From Pyrodictium delaneyi (lineage in GTDB: Archaea; Thermoproteota; Thermoprotei_A; Sulfolobales; Pyrodictiaceae): a stretch of DNA of 32,000 nucleotides. How positions within the stretch are numbered: position 1 is the stretch's first letter; every line of letters begins with the position of its first letter. Below are positions 18,968-27,462 of this stretch, one piece after another. The notes beneath the pieces are model-generated. The model was not told the origin of the DNA and made no database searches. It saw only the letters and a list, made by a program, of their open reading frames with translations. The DNA is taken from the NCBI RefSeq assembly GCF_001412615.1, contig NZ_CP013011.1:1260001-1292000 (forward strand). Direction: 5' to 3'. Made by a program: the position numbers and the translations under genes.

Positions 18968-19222
18968 GAGGCGCGGAGACGTGTATGCTTTTGGAGCGGC
19001 CGAGCGTGAATAGTAAATCAGCCCGGAAGGGGGCTAAGTGGCCCAACCCCTAATAAAGGCTCTCTGATGGAAAATAGTGTATGTCATCTAGACAAAATGT
19101 GGCTGCGGGAACAATAGTGCAACATACCTAGAATGGGAGTAGTATATGATGCAATGACTAGCTGAAAAGTGAAATAGTAAAAATATATGTGACGTGAAGC
19201 ATGTTCTCTAATCTCTCTATGT

Positions 19223-20560
19223 CTACTTATTGTACCACTCTATCTGCCCAGTGGAGGCGTGCCAGATGCCTACCTCCTTGAACTGGCCGTCTGCTACGGT
19301 TACTAGCGCGTAGTCGGCGAAGGCGGCGTCACCGTTCTCGTTTAGCATCTTATGGCCGGTGGCGCCCATGAAGTGGAATGCTACTGTCGGTAGTACAGCC
19401 TTGATTGCCTGGCCATCGTACTTGCCAGCGGCTAGCACGCTTAGCATTGCTATCCATGCAGCGTCGTAAGCATAGTAGGCGTATGTTGTCGGGTCCTCGC
19501 CGTACTTCTCCTTGTAGAGCTTCTCGAAGTGTGTTGTCACAGGGTTCCTAGCTATGGCTGGCTTGGTTACTAGGAGGTTCACCTTCTCTAGGAACTTGGC
19601 TATCTCTGGCTTTTCTAGGAATGTCTTGCGGGCCATGCTGTCGGGGCCGAACCAGCGTACCTTGCCTAGCACGTCTATCTTGGAGGCCTGCTCTAGAATC
19701 TTGGTACCGTCGTCGTCGAACGCGATTATGAGCACGGCAGTCTTATCGTCTGCGCCCATCTGCTGTACCTTGACGGCTAGCTGGTTGACCTCGTTGGTTA
19801 GGTCAGGCTTGTCGGGCTGGTAGAGTATCTTCTCTACCTGGCCGCCTAGCTGCTTGAAGGTCTCCTCTACTAGCTTGGCTAGGCCGCTACCGTAGTCGTC
19901 GTTACGTGCTATGATGACTAGCTTGGTGTAGCCTAGGCTGTGGATTATCTTGGCTAGTGCTGGGCCCTGGACTGTGTCTGGAGGCGCCATTCTGAAGACG
20001 TAGTCGTCCGGGAAGGCTGCGGCTGCGCCAGTGCTGCTTGGGCTTATTATCACTATGTGCTGCTCATTAGCGATGGGCATTACGGCACGTGTTTCGCTTG
20101 TAGACAGTGGACCTACTACTACCTGTATACCCTGGCTAGCGAACCTCTTAATCACGTTGACGGCTTCCTGGGGGTCGGTCTTCGTGTCCTCGTGTATCGG
20201 CTTGAACCGGAACGGTGCGCCAGCCTGTTCTAGTAGCTGGTTCATCTCCTCTATGGCTAGTAGTGCGCCCTTGAGGCGGCGTGGACCGTCTACAGCGTAG
20301 CCGCCGCTCACAGCGATGGCAAGGCCTATTGGTATCTCCTTTGGAAGGCCTTCAGCTGTCTGGGTTGTCTGTAGTGGTTGCGTGGCAGTAGGTGTAGCGG
20401 TTGCTGATGGTGTTACAGTGGCTATTGGTGAAGTGGCGGGGGCACTGGTCGGCGAAACCGGTGTAGGCGTTGGTGCAGCCTGTTCACCGGTAAATGCTAG
20501 ATAACCTATAGCGGCGATGGCCACTAGGGCTATAGCTACACCTACTATGCGTGGATCCAT
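19223..20560 (-). CDS. Liv-type (periplasmic binding protein family I) amino-acid substrate-binding protein, with a membrane anchor and a Thr/Pro-rich linker
   Basis: The most plausible start is MDPRIVGVAIALVAIAAIGYLAF (ATG 20560), preceded by aaggagggg. This is followed by the linker TPTPVSPTSAPATSPIATVTPSATATPTATQP, then a LivJ/K-like fold (IGLAIAVSGGYAVDG, VVGPLSTSE). The track ORF extends to 20677. Confidence 0.85.
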   Translation of the reverse strand: MDPRIVGVAIALVAIAAIGYLAFTGEQAAPTPTPVSPTSAPATSPIATVTPSATATPTATQPLQTTQTAEGLPKEIPIGLAIAVSGGYAVDGPRRLKGALLAIEEMNQLLEQAGAPFRFKPIHEDTKTDPQEAVNVIKRFASQGIQVVVGPLSTSETRAVMPIANEQHIVIISPSSTGAAAAFPDDYVFRMAPPDTVQGPALAKIIHSLGYTKLVIIARNDDYGSGLAKLVEETFKQLGGQVEKILYQPDKPDLTNEVNQLAVKVQQMGADDKTAVLIIAFDDDGTKILEQASKIDVLGKVRWFGPDSMARKTFLEKPEIAKFLEKVNLLVTKPAIARNPVTTHFEKLYKEKYGEDPTTYAYYAYDAAWIAMLSVLAAGKYDGQAIKAVLPTVAFHFMGATGHKMLNENGDAAFADYALVTVADGQFKEVGIWHASTGQIEWYNK

Positions 20561-20618
20561 CCTCGCCAAGACAGGTCTCCCCTCCTTCTTACACCCTTTT
20601 ACTCGTCCTACACTCTGA

Positions 20619-20722
20619 GAGGGCCCAACCCCTAGGGAGCGGGCATCCAAGGATTGTGGGCCCGGGGTATACGACAAGACGGCTGTACAGAGACTCGGAA
20701 AGGCTAGAGGGGTTGGGCCCTC
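20619..20722 (-). promoter_or_regulatory. Long-range 14-bp perfect inverted repeat (gagggcccaacccc / ggggttgggccctc) in the leader of the liv binding-protein gene
   Basis: The arms are at 20619-20632 and 20709-20722, separated by 76 nt. The repeat lies 60-160 nt upstream of the ATG at 20560. Confidence 0.4.
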
Positions 20723-21108
20723 CTAGGATTGCACCGTGCCCAGAACCCCCTCGCCACGGGATAAAAGCTTTCTGACAGTTTAAACACAACCAATAGTTGA
20801 ACCCTGGCCCTCTAAGCAATTGTCCGTAACACATACTGTCTGTCTCGCTATATGTTCCTCTTCAATTGTGCTCCCTGGCTATGCTTGATCGTTGCTCAAT
20901 GAATAGGGCAGAATATTGTACTTGCATAACAGTATGATGCTTAACCATTGTGGTAGCAATGCAGAGACTAAGCTTAGGCATTATACAGTACCCACGGTGT
21001 AAGTAGCGAAGGAAGGCAAAAGAGGAGACTCTTGACAATCTATGAGTCTTTAAAAATAGAGTTGATTCAAGTTCTGGTGACTTTATTCATCCGATCCATA
21101 TTTCTCCT

Positions 21109-22233
21109 CTAATAAGGTCTTGAATAGAGATGCGCCTCAAGGCTGTCGAGGAAACGTAGTCTCTTAGGTATCGGTGGGTGGTCACTGAGTACCTCCTGTA
21201 CCGGGTCTACTTCGGCTCTCTTCAGCTGCTCGATGATAGCATCTATGTTGCCGCTACCCCAGCGTCCCCAGCCGCCGCTGTAGAAGGGGCTAGCGACTGC
21301 CTCGACTAGCGCGTAGATAAATAGTGCCTTGATGCTGCTCTTCTCGACTATCTCGTGTGCACCACTGCTCTGGTAGTAGAGGTGGAGTCTTGCTAGCGCT
21401 CTCTGCATTGGCCGGGCACCCGCCACCATGGCGCCGTGGGCGTCGGCGTAGTACTCGCGTAGCCTGCTGAAGGCGAGCACAGCTATCTGCATCACGAAGC
21501 TCAGTACCACGCCTAGGAGCCCGAGTGCTGCTAGGTATATGCCTCCGCCGCCCTCGCGCTCTCTTCTCCCGGTGGTGCCGCTCCAGAGCCCGATGTGTAG
21601 CAGCCATACTCCGAGGTAGTAGAGTATGCTCGGTACTAGGCCGAGCAGCATAATGATGACGACGTCGCGGTGCCGGTGATGGCCTAGCTCGTGGCCAACA
21701 ACGGCTAGCAGCTCGTCCCTGGGCAGCATCTCGTATAGGCTCCGGCTCACGGCCACATAGCGGCCTGCTAGGAAGTTGCCGTAGGCGAACGCGTTTGGCG
21801 GCCCATCAACAATGACAGCCTTTGGCGGCTTTACTCCAGCTTTTGCTGCCGCCTCGTTTACTATCTCCTGCAGCTCCGGGCTAGGCCGAGCCCCGTACGC
21901 AATGTTTATCATATAGGGGGCGAAGAGGTAGCTAAACAGGTTGGCAACGGCTACAAACAGCACCAGTGTGCCGATGGGGAGTTGATAACCAGCGCTCGCA
22001 GCAGCAACGTAGAGTCCATAGATTGCTAGAATTCCACCACCCACAATGAGTCCTGCTGTAAGCAGCATAGCCGTGTATAGGCTAAGCCTCCCAGACAGTG
22101 ATGCAGCTACCTTTGGAGCTATCTTTGCTGCCAGCAGCTGGAGCACGAGGAACCCAGCCACATATGCTATCATGAGTGCAAACATTGTGATCGGGTCGTA
22201 GAACCACATAAACCCTATCATATGGCTGTGCAC
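21109..22233 (-). CDS. M48-family zinc metallopeptidase (HtpX/Ste24-like), integral membrane
   Basis: It has the HEXXH motif in VGHELGHHRHRD, multiple TM segments on either side, and a C-terminal SDHPPIPKRL block typical of M48 peptidases. Confidence 0.8.
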   Translation of the reverse strand: MHSHMIGFMWFYDPITMFALMIAYVAGFLVLQLLAAKIAPKVAASLSGRLSLYTAMLLTAGLIVGGGILAIYGLYVAAASAGYQLPIGTLVLFVAVANLFSYLFAPYMINIAYGARPSPELQEIVNEAAAKAGVKPPKAVIVDGPPNAFAYGNFLAGRYVAVSRSLYEMLPRDELLAVVGHELGHHRHRDVVIIMLLGLVPSILYYLGVWLLHIGLWSGTTGRREREGGGGIYLAALGLLGVVLSFVMQIAVLAFSRLREYYADAHGAMVAGARPMQRALARLHLYYQSSGAHEIVEKSSIKALFIYALVEAVASPFYSGGWGRWGSGNIDAIIEQLKRAEVDPVQEVLSDHPPIPKRLRFLDSLEAHLYSRPY

Positions 22234-22315
22234 CCCTACCCGAATCCCTTATGCTGCGGCACCTACTCCAGCTAGACTCCTATACAGAAAGGATGCGGAA
22301 TCTCCGCAGCCCCTC

Positions 22316-23485
22316 TTATAGCCTTGCCTCCTGCCTACGTGTAGCACGGCCAGCTACGAGAAGGGCTAGTGTACCAGCAGCAACAGCGGCTAGAGCAGCT
22401 ATGCTGTAGGCAGGGCTATAGCCCATACTGTTAGCTATCTCGGAGAGCACGAAGAGACCAATGGTGCCGCCCACGTCGAAGCCAAGCGTGTAGAGGCTTG
22501 CAGCCCGATTCCCCGCGCTCCGTGGAGCAGACATACTTGCAAGCATCTGTTCCCCGGGTATCGAAGTGCCCGAGCCGAACCCGTAGAGGATGCCAGCCAG
22601 GTAGAGTAACGGAGGCACAGGATATTCAGCAAGCAGTGACAGCCCGATTGCCTCAAGGGCGAATCCTAGCGCTAGCATTCTCCTAGGCCCAAGCCTCGTA
22701 TACACGTGGCTTGACAAACCCCGCGCCACGAGGCCAGATGCAGCGGTCAAGCTCTGGAAGAGTCCAAACACTGACGCCCTATAGCCGAGGTCGCGGAGCT
22801 GCATTTGCGGCAGCGATTGTACACTGAAGAACACCATACCATCTACAACGGCAAGCGCGATGGCTAGCAGAACTCCTAGTGTTAGTGCATCGCGTAACCC
22901 GGGACCTTTATGAAGTCTATCTATTCGCGCCTGGCGGAGCGGAATAGATGTAGCGATAACGGCGGCCGCAAACCCGGTTATGGCTGTGAATATGAATACA
23001 GCCCAATAGCCTAGCCAGTCAACTATGAATCCCGCTGCTAGCGGTCCTACGATCAGTGCTGCTGTAACCATGACTGCCCGCATCGATATCGCGCGTGTAA
23101 AGGCTTCGCCGCCCAGTGCGGCTGCAGCAGCTATTGATGGGGCTACAAAGAAAGCCAAGGCTAACCCTTGGAGCACCCTTACCAGTGCAACCATCGGTAC
23201 TGTGTAGGCGAACGCTGCAGCGATACCCGCAGCTGTAGCTGCAAACCCACCAGCGACTAGGAAGCGCTTCGCATTGCCCCGATCGGCTGCAATACCGACT
23301 GGTATTCGGAGAAGCGCTGCCACGAGGGGTGTTAGGGCGTAAACCTGGCCTGAGGCGGCTACACTGGCCCCGATATCCCTAGTATACCTAGATATAACGG
23401 AGCTCGTAGCAGATACGGAGGTAAAGAATAGTAACGTCGCGGCGAGTAGGTTGGGGAGCCCAGTCACTCTGACAGCCCCGGGCAC
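22316..23485 (-). CDS. MFS-type transporter
   Basis: 389 aa with about 12 hydrophobic segments. The loop motif GIAADRGNAKRF resembles the MFS 2-3 loop signature. Confidence 0.7.
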   Translation of the reverse strand: MPGAVRVTGLPNLLAATLLFFTSVSATSSVISRYTRDIGASVAASGQVYALTPLVAALLRIPVGIAADRGNAKRFLVAGGFAATAAGIAAAFAYTVPMVALVRVLQGLALAFFVAPSIAAAAALGGEAFTRAISMRAVMVTAALIVGPLAAGFIVDWLGYWAVFIFTAITGFAAAVIATSIPLRQARIDRLHKGPGLRDALTLGVLLAIALAVVDGMVFFSVQSLPQMQLRDLGYRASVFGLFQSLTAASGLVARGLSSHVYTRLGPRRMLALGFALEAIGLSLLAEYPVPPLLYLAGILYGFGSGTSIPGEQMLASMSAPRSAGNRAASLYTLGFDVGGTIGLFVLSEIANSMGYSPAYSIAALAAVAAGTLALLVAGRATRRQEARL

Positions 23486-23598
23486 CGAGCTACAAAGAGC
23501 TAAACAATTAAGGATGCTGTAGAAGGTGGTCTAGCCGGGGGAAACCAGTATAATAGAAAATTTAAAAATAATTGGGTAATGAAGAAAGGGTATGCTGT

Positions 23599-24450
23599 CT
23601 AGCGGGCTAATGCCTTAGCCTCCTCTATGGCGCGGCGTTCTAGACCCCGCTTCTTGCCCAAAGTTATTGCTATATGCAATGGTATGTAGAGGCTAAGACC
23701 TATCAGCACCATGCCTAGACCGCTGGGATCCGGAGAGATTATGGCACCAAGTATCATTGTGCCTAGGAATATATACTTCATTGTATCTTTGCCGAACATT
23801 TCTGGATCCAGTATACCATAAGCAAGCAGCAAATACAATACTATTGGTAACTCGAATAGCAGGCCGAATGCCAGTGCCAACTTCAGTACAAAACCTACTA
23901 TAGTGCTAATTCTTACAGTCAGTATCATTTCATATCCTGTCGGCACAAGTGGTGGGTAAAGCTTAAGCATCATAGTTACTATTAGTGGTGCAGCAATATA
24001 TATTGCGAAGAAGACGCCAAAGAAGAATGATATTACGAATAGAACTATAAACTTCTTTGCAAATGCCTTCTCATGTGGATATAGTGCTGGCTCTACATAA
24101 GCCCATATCTCTCGGGCGGCAACTGGTGCTGCGCCGATTAATCCTAACAGCATTACAGCTTGCATCATTATCTGTATAGACTCGAACTCCGTTGAAGGCA
24201 GTACAGTTACGTTGTAGACCTTGCCGTCTAGCGTCTTTATCTGCTTTGGCACGGTATGTGCGAATATCAGCGCTGGAATCTTAGTTACAAGGGGGGTGTA
24301 AAGTAATCCACCGCTTCCAGCTGGTACGAGTGAGAGTATAGCGGCAGATACCATGAATGCTATGACTATTCGGCGTAACCTAATGATTAGCTCCTCTATA
24401 TGCTCCCAGAGGGAGGCCTCCCTGTCGCCTGGTGGCGAAGCTGCAGACAT
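23599..24450 (-). CDS. tatC: Twin-arginine translocase subunit TatC
   Basis: N-terminal block LWEHIEELIIRLRRIVIAFMV, a six-TM layout, and FELPIVLYLLLAYGI. It lies downstream of tatA. Confidence 0.85.
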   Translation of the reverse strand: MSAASPPGDREASLWEHIEELIIRLRRIVIAFMVSAAILSLVPAGSGGLLYTPLVTKIPALIFAHTVPKQIKTLDGKVYNVTVLPSTEFESIQIMMQAVMLLGLIGAAPVAAREIWAYVEPALYPHEKAFAKKFIVLFVISFFFGVFFAIYIAAPLIVTMMLKLYPPLVPTGYEMILTVRISTIVGFVLKLALAFGLLFELPIVLYLLLAYGILDPEMFGKDTMKYIFLGTMILGAIISPDPSGLGMVLIGLSLYIPLHIAITLGKKRGLERRAIEEAKALAR

Positions 24451-24548
24451 GGTCCTGACCCTGGATGTAACTCCTAATCATGTTGTGCTATCTAAGCCAC
24501 ACCTACCTTATCCGGTTACACGTTTGTGATGACATCTACCACTAGTTA

Positions 24549-24581
24549 GCCGGGACTATGGAGTGACTATGGAGTCCCGGC
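24549..24581 (-). repeat. Perfect 11-nt tandem duplication (gactatggagt x2) inside a 9-bp hairpin (gccgggact / agtcccggc) in the tatA-tatC spacer
   Basis: Read directly from the sequence. The copies are at 24554-24564 and 24565-24575. The stem arms are at 24549-24557 and 24573-24581. Confidence 0.6.
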
Positions 24582-24749
24582 GTTGCCCGCCGATAGCTTG
24601 GGTTTAGTCGGTTATTTCCTAATCTGTGTAAGGGTGGCTTTGGAAGACAAGCTCTGAACCTAAAGCTCTTTTTATTTGAGGTCTCAATAAAGGACTCTGC
24701 CATATATACGATGCTAGACTTGTTTAGTATCGTTAGTCTCTATTCAATT

Positions 24750-25121
24750 TTAGGTCTCTGTATTAGTGCTCTTTGTAGACTGTTCAGCCTCTACCTTGAT
24801 TTCGTCAAGGAGACCCTTCTTCTTAGCCTCGTTTATTATCTCCACTATAAGGTCGTCCCGCTTCTTCTTCTCGGCATCCTTCACGCCGAGCTTTTCGGCT
24901 AGTTTACGGAGAGTCTCGTCATCTATGCCCTGTAAGCTTTTTTTGGCCTCTGACTGTGAGCGCTCTAGATCCTCAACGACACCTTGGCTAGCGCGACGGA
25001 ACTCGTAGAGAGCCTGGCCGAGCCCCCTAGCGAGCTGTGGCAGCTTGGTCGGGCCGAATATTAGCAGGACTATTAGGAGGATTATTACCCACTCCATTCC
25101 CTGGAAGGAGCCTGGGAGCAT
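24750..25121 (-). CDS. tatA: Twin-arginine translocase subunit TatA/E
   Basis: MEWVIILLIVLLIFGPTKLPQLARGLGQALYEFRRA is the TatA TM helix plus amphipathic helix signature. A long charged tail follows. Confidence 0.85.
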   Translation of the reverse strand: MLPGSFQGMEWVIILLIVLLIFGPTKLPQLARGLGQALYEFRRASQGVVEDLERSQSEAKKSLQGIDDETLRKLAEKLGVKDAEKKKRDDLIVEIINEAKKKGLLDEIKVEAEQSTKSTNTET

Positions 25122-25477
25122 GCCGTACCACTTCCCTTCCTCATACCCGGAGAATCATGGTAAACCTGCCGGCCACTATATTAACTCTTTGCCTCAGATT
25201 AATGTCAGACCATGGTAAGCCCTCTGGCACGTGCTGAATTCTAGCCAAGTACTGTGGTTTGACAATACCTACTGCAATGCCGTGTAGTCTGTTCTGCCGT
25301 ACAATTGTGTGATACGGCTCTAGAGTTGGTTCGGCTGATGATTCAATTATGCAATATGTTCATAGCCAGTATTTGACATAAATGATTTAACCATATAGTT
25401 ATAGTAACGAGAATAGCAGCTGTAATAATGACGCCTGCCCCAAAGCTATCTCGCTAGAAGCAGCTCTAAGAGCAAGG

Positions 25478-26458
25478 GTGCTTACCTTGGCTCTTGAGGG
25501 TAGTACTCTCTTCCTAGACGGTGCAGGGTACGCAGATGACACACTACGCGAGGTAGAGGCGTATTCTAGGCTCATTGCTATGGCTGTTGTAGGTGTTGAA
25601 GAGGCTGTAGGCCGTAATATAACGGGTGGCTTTGCTAACCTTCTGGCCCGCGAGATCATGGCAAAGTATAAGCCCCCTGGGAGCAGTATCAAGGACGCAC
25701 TAGAGTGGCTTGGCAGGAATACCGTCTTTCGCGTGAATACCTACCGTGTCCAGGGCAAGCTCTGCAGAGAAGAAGATGAAGGAAAAGCGTTCTACCTTAT
25801 AGCGCACGAGTGTCCGGTACGCCAGATACTATACCTTGAGGACCTTCCTGCCGGGGGTACACTCTGCAGGATAATGTGCAGCTATCTTGAAAGGTTATTC
25901 GCGGAGAGGCTTGGTGGCCGCTATCGTGTAAGACTGGTCCGCTCGGGGCCCAACGCGTGCCTCCTAAGAGGGGTAGTCGTCTCGGGGAATCCGCCCCCAG
26001 ACGACGTAGATGTCTACACCGAGCCCCCGAGCCGGGAAGAGTATGTAGAACAGTTGCGCAATATGCTCTCAGCTATACTCCACGGGCTCTCCCGCGCTCT
26101 CTACCTGACTCTCGGCAGTAATCCTGCTATGAGCTACCGTGCCGGTAAGAGCTATGGACGTAGACTCGGTGCAATGATACTCGCTGAGGGTTATGAGGCT
26201 CAGAACCTAGAGGAGGCTGTCGAGATACTCAACGAGGGTCTCCAGGGAATGGTGAAGACCCGGCTGGAGGGCGATAGGCTTGTCCTCGAGTGGAGCTGGT
26301 TCCATGACATTGTCGAGAGGGAGGGTCTTCAGCACCCTGAGTTCATCTACAGGCTCGTACAGGGCTTCATAGCTGGTGTCCTCGAGATGCTTGTTGGGCG
26401 TAGGATAGAGCTCCGTTCGACCCAGGAGCACAACGTCTATGCGGTGATGCAGCTGTGA
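25478..26458 (+). CDS. Uncharacterised protein with two V4R-like (4-vinyl-reductase/hydrocarbon-binding-type) halves, first gene of the hydrogenase operon
   Basis: 326 aa, GTG start. The first half is FYLIAHECPVRQILY ... GGTLCRIMCSYLERLFAERLGGRYRVRLVRSGPNACLL. The second half is YRAGKSYGRRLG ... LVQGFIAGVLEMLVGRRIEL. Both resemble my memory of the V4R pattern. The stop overlaps the small-subunit start (GTGA at 26455-26458). That it is a real gene is more certain (about 0.8) than the domain call (about 0.35). Confidence 0.6.
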   Translation: MLTLALEGSTLFLDGAGYADDTLREVEAYSRLIAMAVVGVEEAVGRNITGGFANLLAREIMAKYKPPGSSIKDALEWLGRNTVFRVNTYRVQGKLCREEDEGKAFYLIAHECPVRQILYLEDLPAGGTLCRIMCSYLERLFAERLGGRYRVRLVRSGPNACLLRGVVVSGNPPPDDVDVYTEPPSREEYVEQLRNMLSAILHGLSRALYLTLGSNPAMSYRAGKSYGRRLGAMILAEGYEAQNLEEAVEILNEGLQGMVKTRLEGDRLVLEWSWFHDIVEREGLQHPEFIYRLVQGFIAGVLEMLVGRRIELRSTQEHNVYAVMQL

Positions 26459-27438
26459 CCGGGAAGCTCACTCTGGCCCTAATACCCCTCAGTGGCTGCG
26501 GCGGCTGCGAGGTCCAGGCACTGAGAGCGCTAGCACTCCACGAGGATCTACAGGAGCGCTACGAGATAGTCTACTGGCCCCTAGTAGTTGAGGAGACAAG
26601 GCTACCCGAGAAGATAGACGTCGCGATAGTGGAGGGTCTCGTGAGGACCAGAGAGAACTTAGAGATGCTTCGCGAGGCACGGTTACGGAGCCGTACCCTC
26701 ATAGCCCTAGGGAGCTGCGCTGCCTGGGGCGGGATAGGAGGCTCAGCTGACTCGTTCAACCCGTGGCTCAGCATGAAAGCGATATATGGGAGGGAGAAGA
26801 TAGAGGAAAGCGCTGAGATGCTCCCACGCGCCTACGCTGCAGCCGACCTCGTTCCTGTAGACTACGTTATCTCCCGGTGCCCGCCGCCCGTCGAGCACAT
26901 AGCCTTAGCGCTCCGCGCGATAGCGGAGGGGAAGCGGGTACCCGTAGCCGACAGCACTGTGTGCAGCCAGTGTCCCCGCGAAATGAAGCCCATAGAGCAA
27001 CTAGAGTTCAAGCCTGGGCTTCCCGGGCCTGATGCTGATCCTAACACGTGCTTCCTCAGTCAGGGCTACCTCTGCCTAGGCTCGGTAACCACAGTCGGCT
27101 GTGGCGCACCCTGCCCTCGCCATGGAATCCCGTGCTTCGGCTGTGGAGGCCCACACCTGGAGATAGCTGAGAGACGCGACATGGACATAGTCACGGCGCT
27201 GGCCCGTAAGATAGCGACGCTAGCGGGTCTAGACCCGGCCAACGACCTCGACAAGGTCGTGGACATGCTGTTGAAGACGTACGATCCGCGCCGCTTCTAT
27301 GTATTCACCTTCGCCTCCCAGGTGCTCCGCCGCAAGCCCCACGGCTATGCAGTGCATGCGCTGGCCTCGACGCGGCGTAACCCGGTTTTCGTGAAGAGGC
27401 TTGAGGAGCGTGCCCGCTTCGCCCAAGGAGAAGAGTAG
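26455..27438 (+). CDS. [NiFe]-hydrogenase small subunit, cytoplasmic (group-3-like), no Tat signal
   Basis: The N-terminus is LALIPLSGCGGCEVQ. Also present are GSCAAWGG and SRCPP, and a C-terminal Cys cluster CSQCP ... CFLSQGYLCLGSVTTVGCGAPCPRHGIPCFGCGGP. There is no RR motif. Confidence 0.85.
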   Translation: MTGKLTLALIPLSGCGGCEVQALRALALHEDLQERYEIVYWPLVVEETRLPEKIDVAIVEGLVRTRENLEMLREARLRSRTLIALGSCAAWGGIGGSADSFNPWLSMKAIYGREKIEESAEMLPRAYAAADLVPVDYVISRCPPPVEHIALALRAIAEGKRVPVADSTVCSQCPREMKPIEQLEFKPGLPGPDADPNTCFLSQGYLCLGSVTTVGCGAPCPRHGIPCFGCGGPHLEIAERRDMDIVTALARKIATLAGLDPANDLDKVVDMLLKTYDPRRFYVFTFASQVLRRKPHGYAVHALASTRRNPVFVKRLEERARFAQGEE

Positions 27439-27462
27439 GCCTCTTATACGTTCGTTAAAACC

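Noticed and set aside
19021-19037. agccc-ggaag-ggggct hairpin resembling the SRP RNA GGAA tetraloop region
   Set aside because: It is a short isolated hairpin inside the liv spacer. There is no surrounding SRP RNA helix 5/8 context and no ~300-nt structured gene.
20561-20834. The extension of the binding-protein ORF to 20677, and ORF 20589..20834
   Set aside because: The extension precedes a canonical Met-plus-TM-anchor start that has a purine-rich ribosome-binding-like site. The 81-aa ORF is Gly/Pro/Leu/Cys-rich and spans the inverted-repeat leader. Both are more likely non-coding.
20840-21108. AT-rich ~270-nt stretch downstream of the M48 gene, with partial similarity (agtatgatgc ... gcaatg ... 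acta.gct) to 19140-19170
   Set aside because: The similarity is short and gapped. The region is adequately explained as the M48 terminator (ctatttttaaag on the minus strand) plus the upstream region of the liv operon.
24526-24532. GTGATGA heptamer in the tatA-tatC spacer (plus strand)
   Set aside because: The nearest CTGA is about 120 nt away, and the spacing does not fit a C/D sRNA.
24554-24575. Tandem repeat as a CRISPR array or CRISPR remnant
   Set aside because: There are only two adjacent 11-nt copies with no spacers, and no cas genes are nearby.
23599-27438. Functional link between tatA/tatC and the adjacent hydrogenase (Tat export of the small subunit)
   Set aside because: The small subunit N-terminus (MTGKLTLALIPLSGCGGC) has no twin-arginine motif or signal peptide. 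The adjacency looks coincidental.
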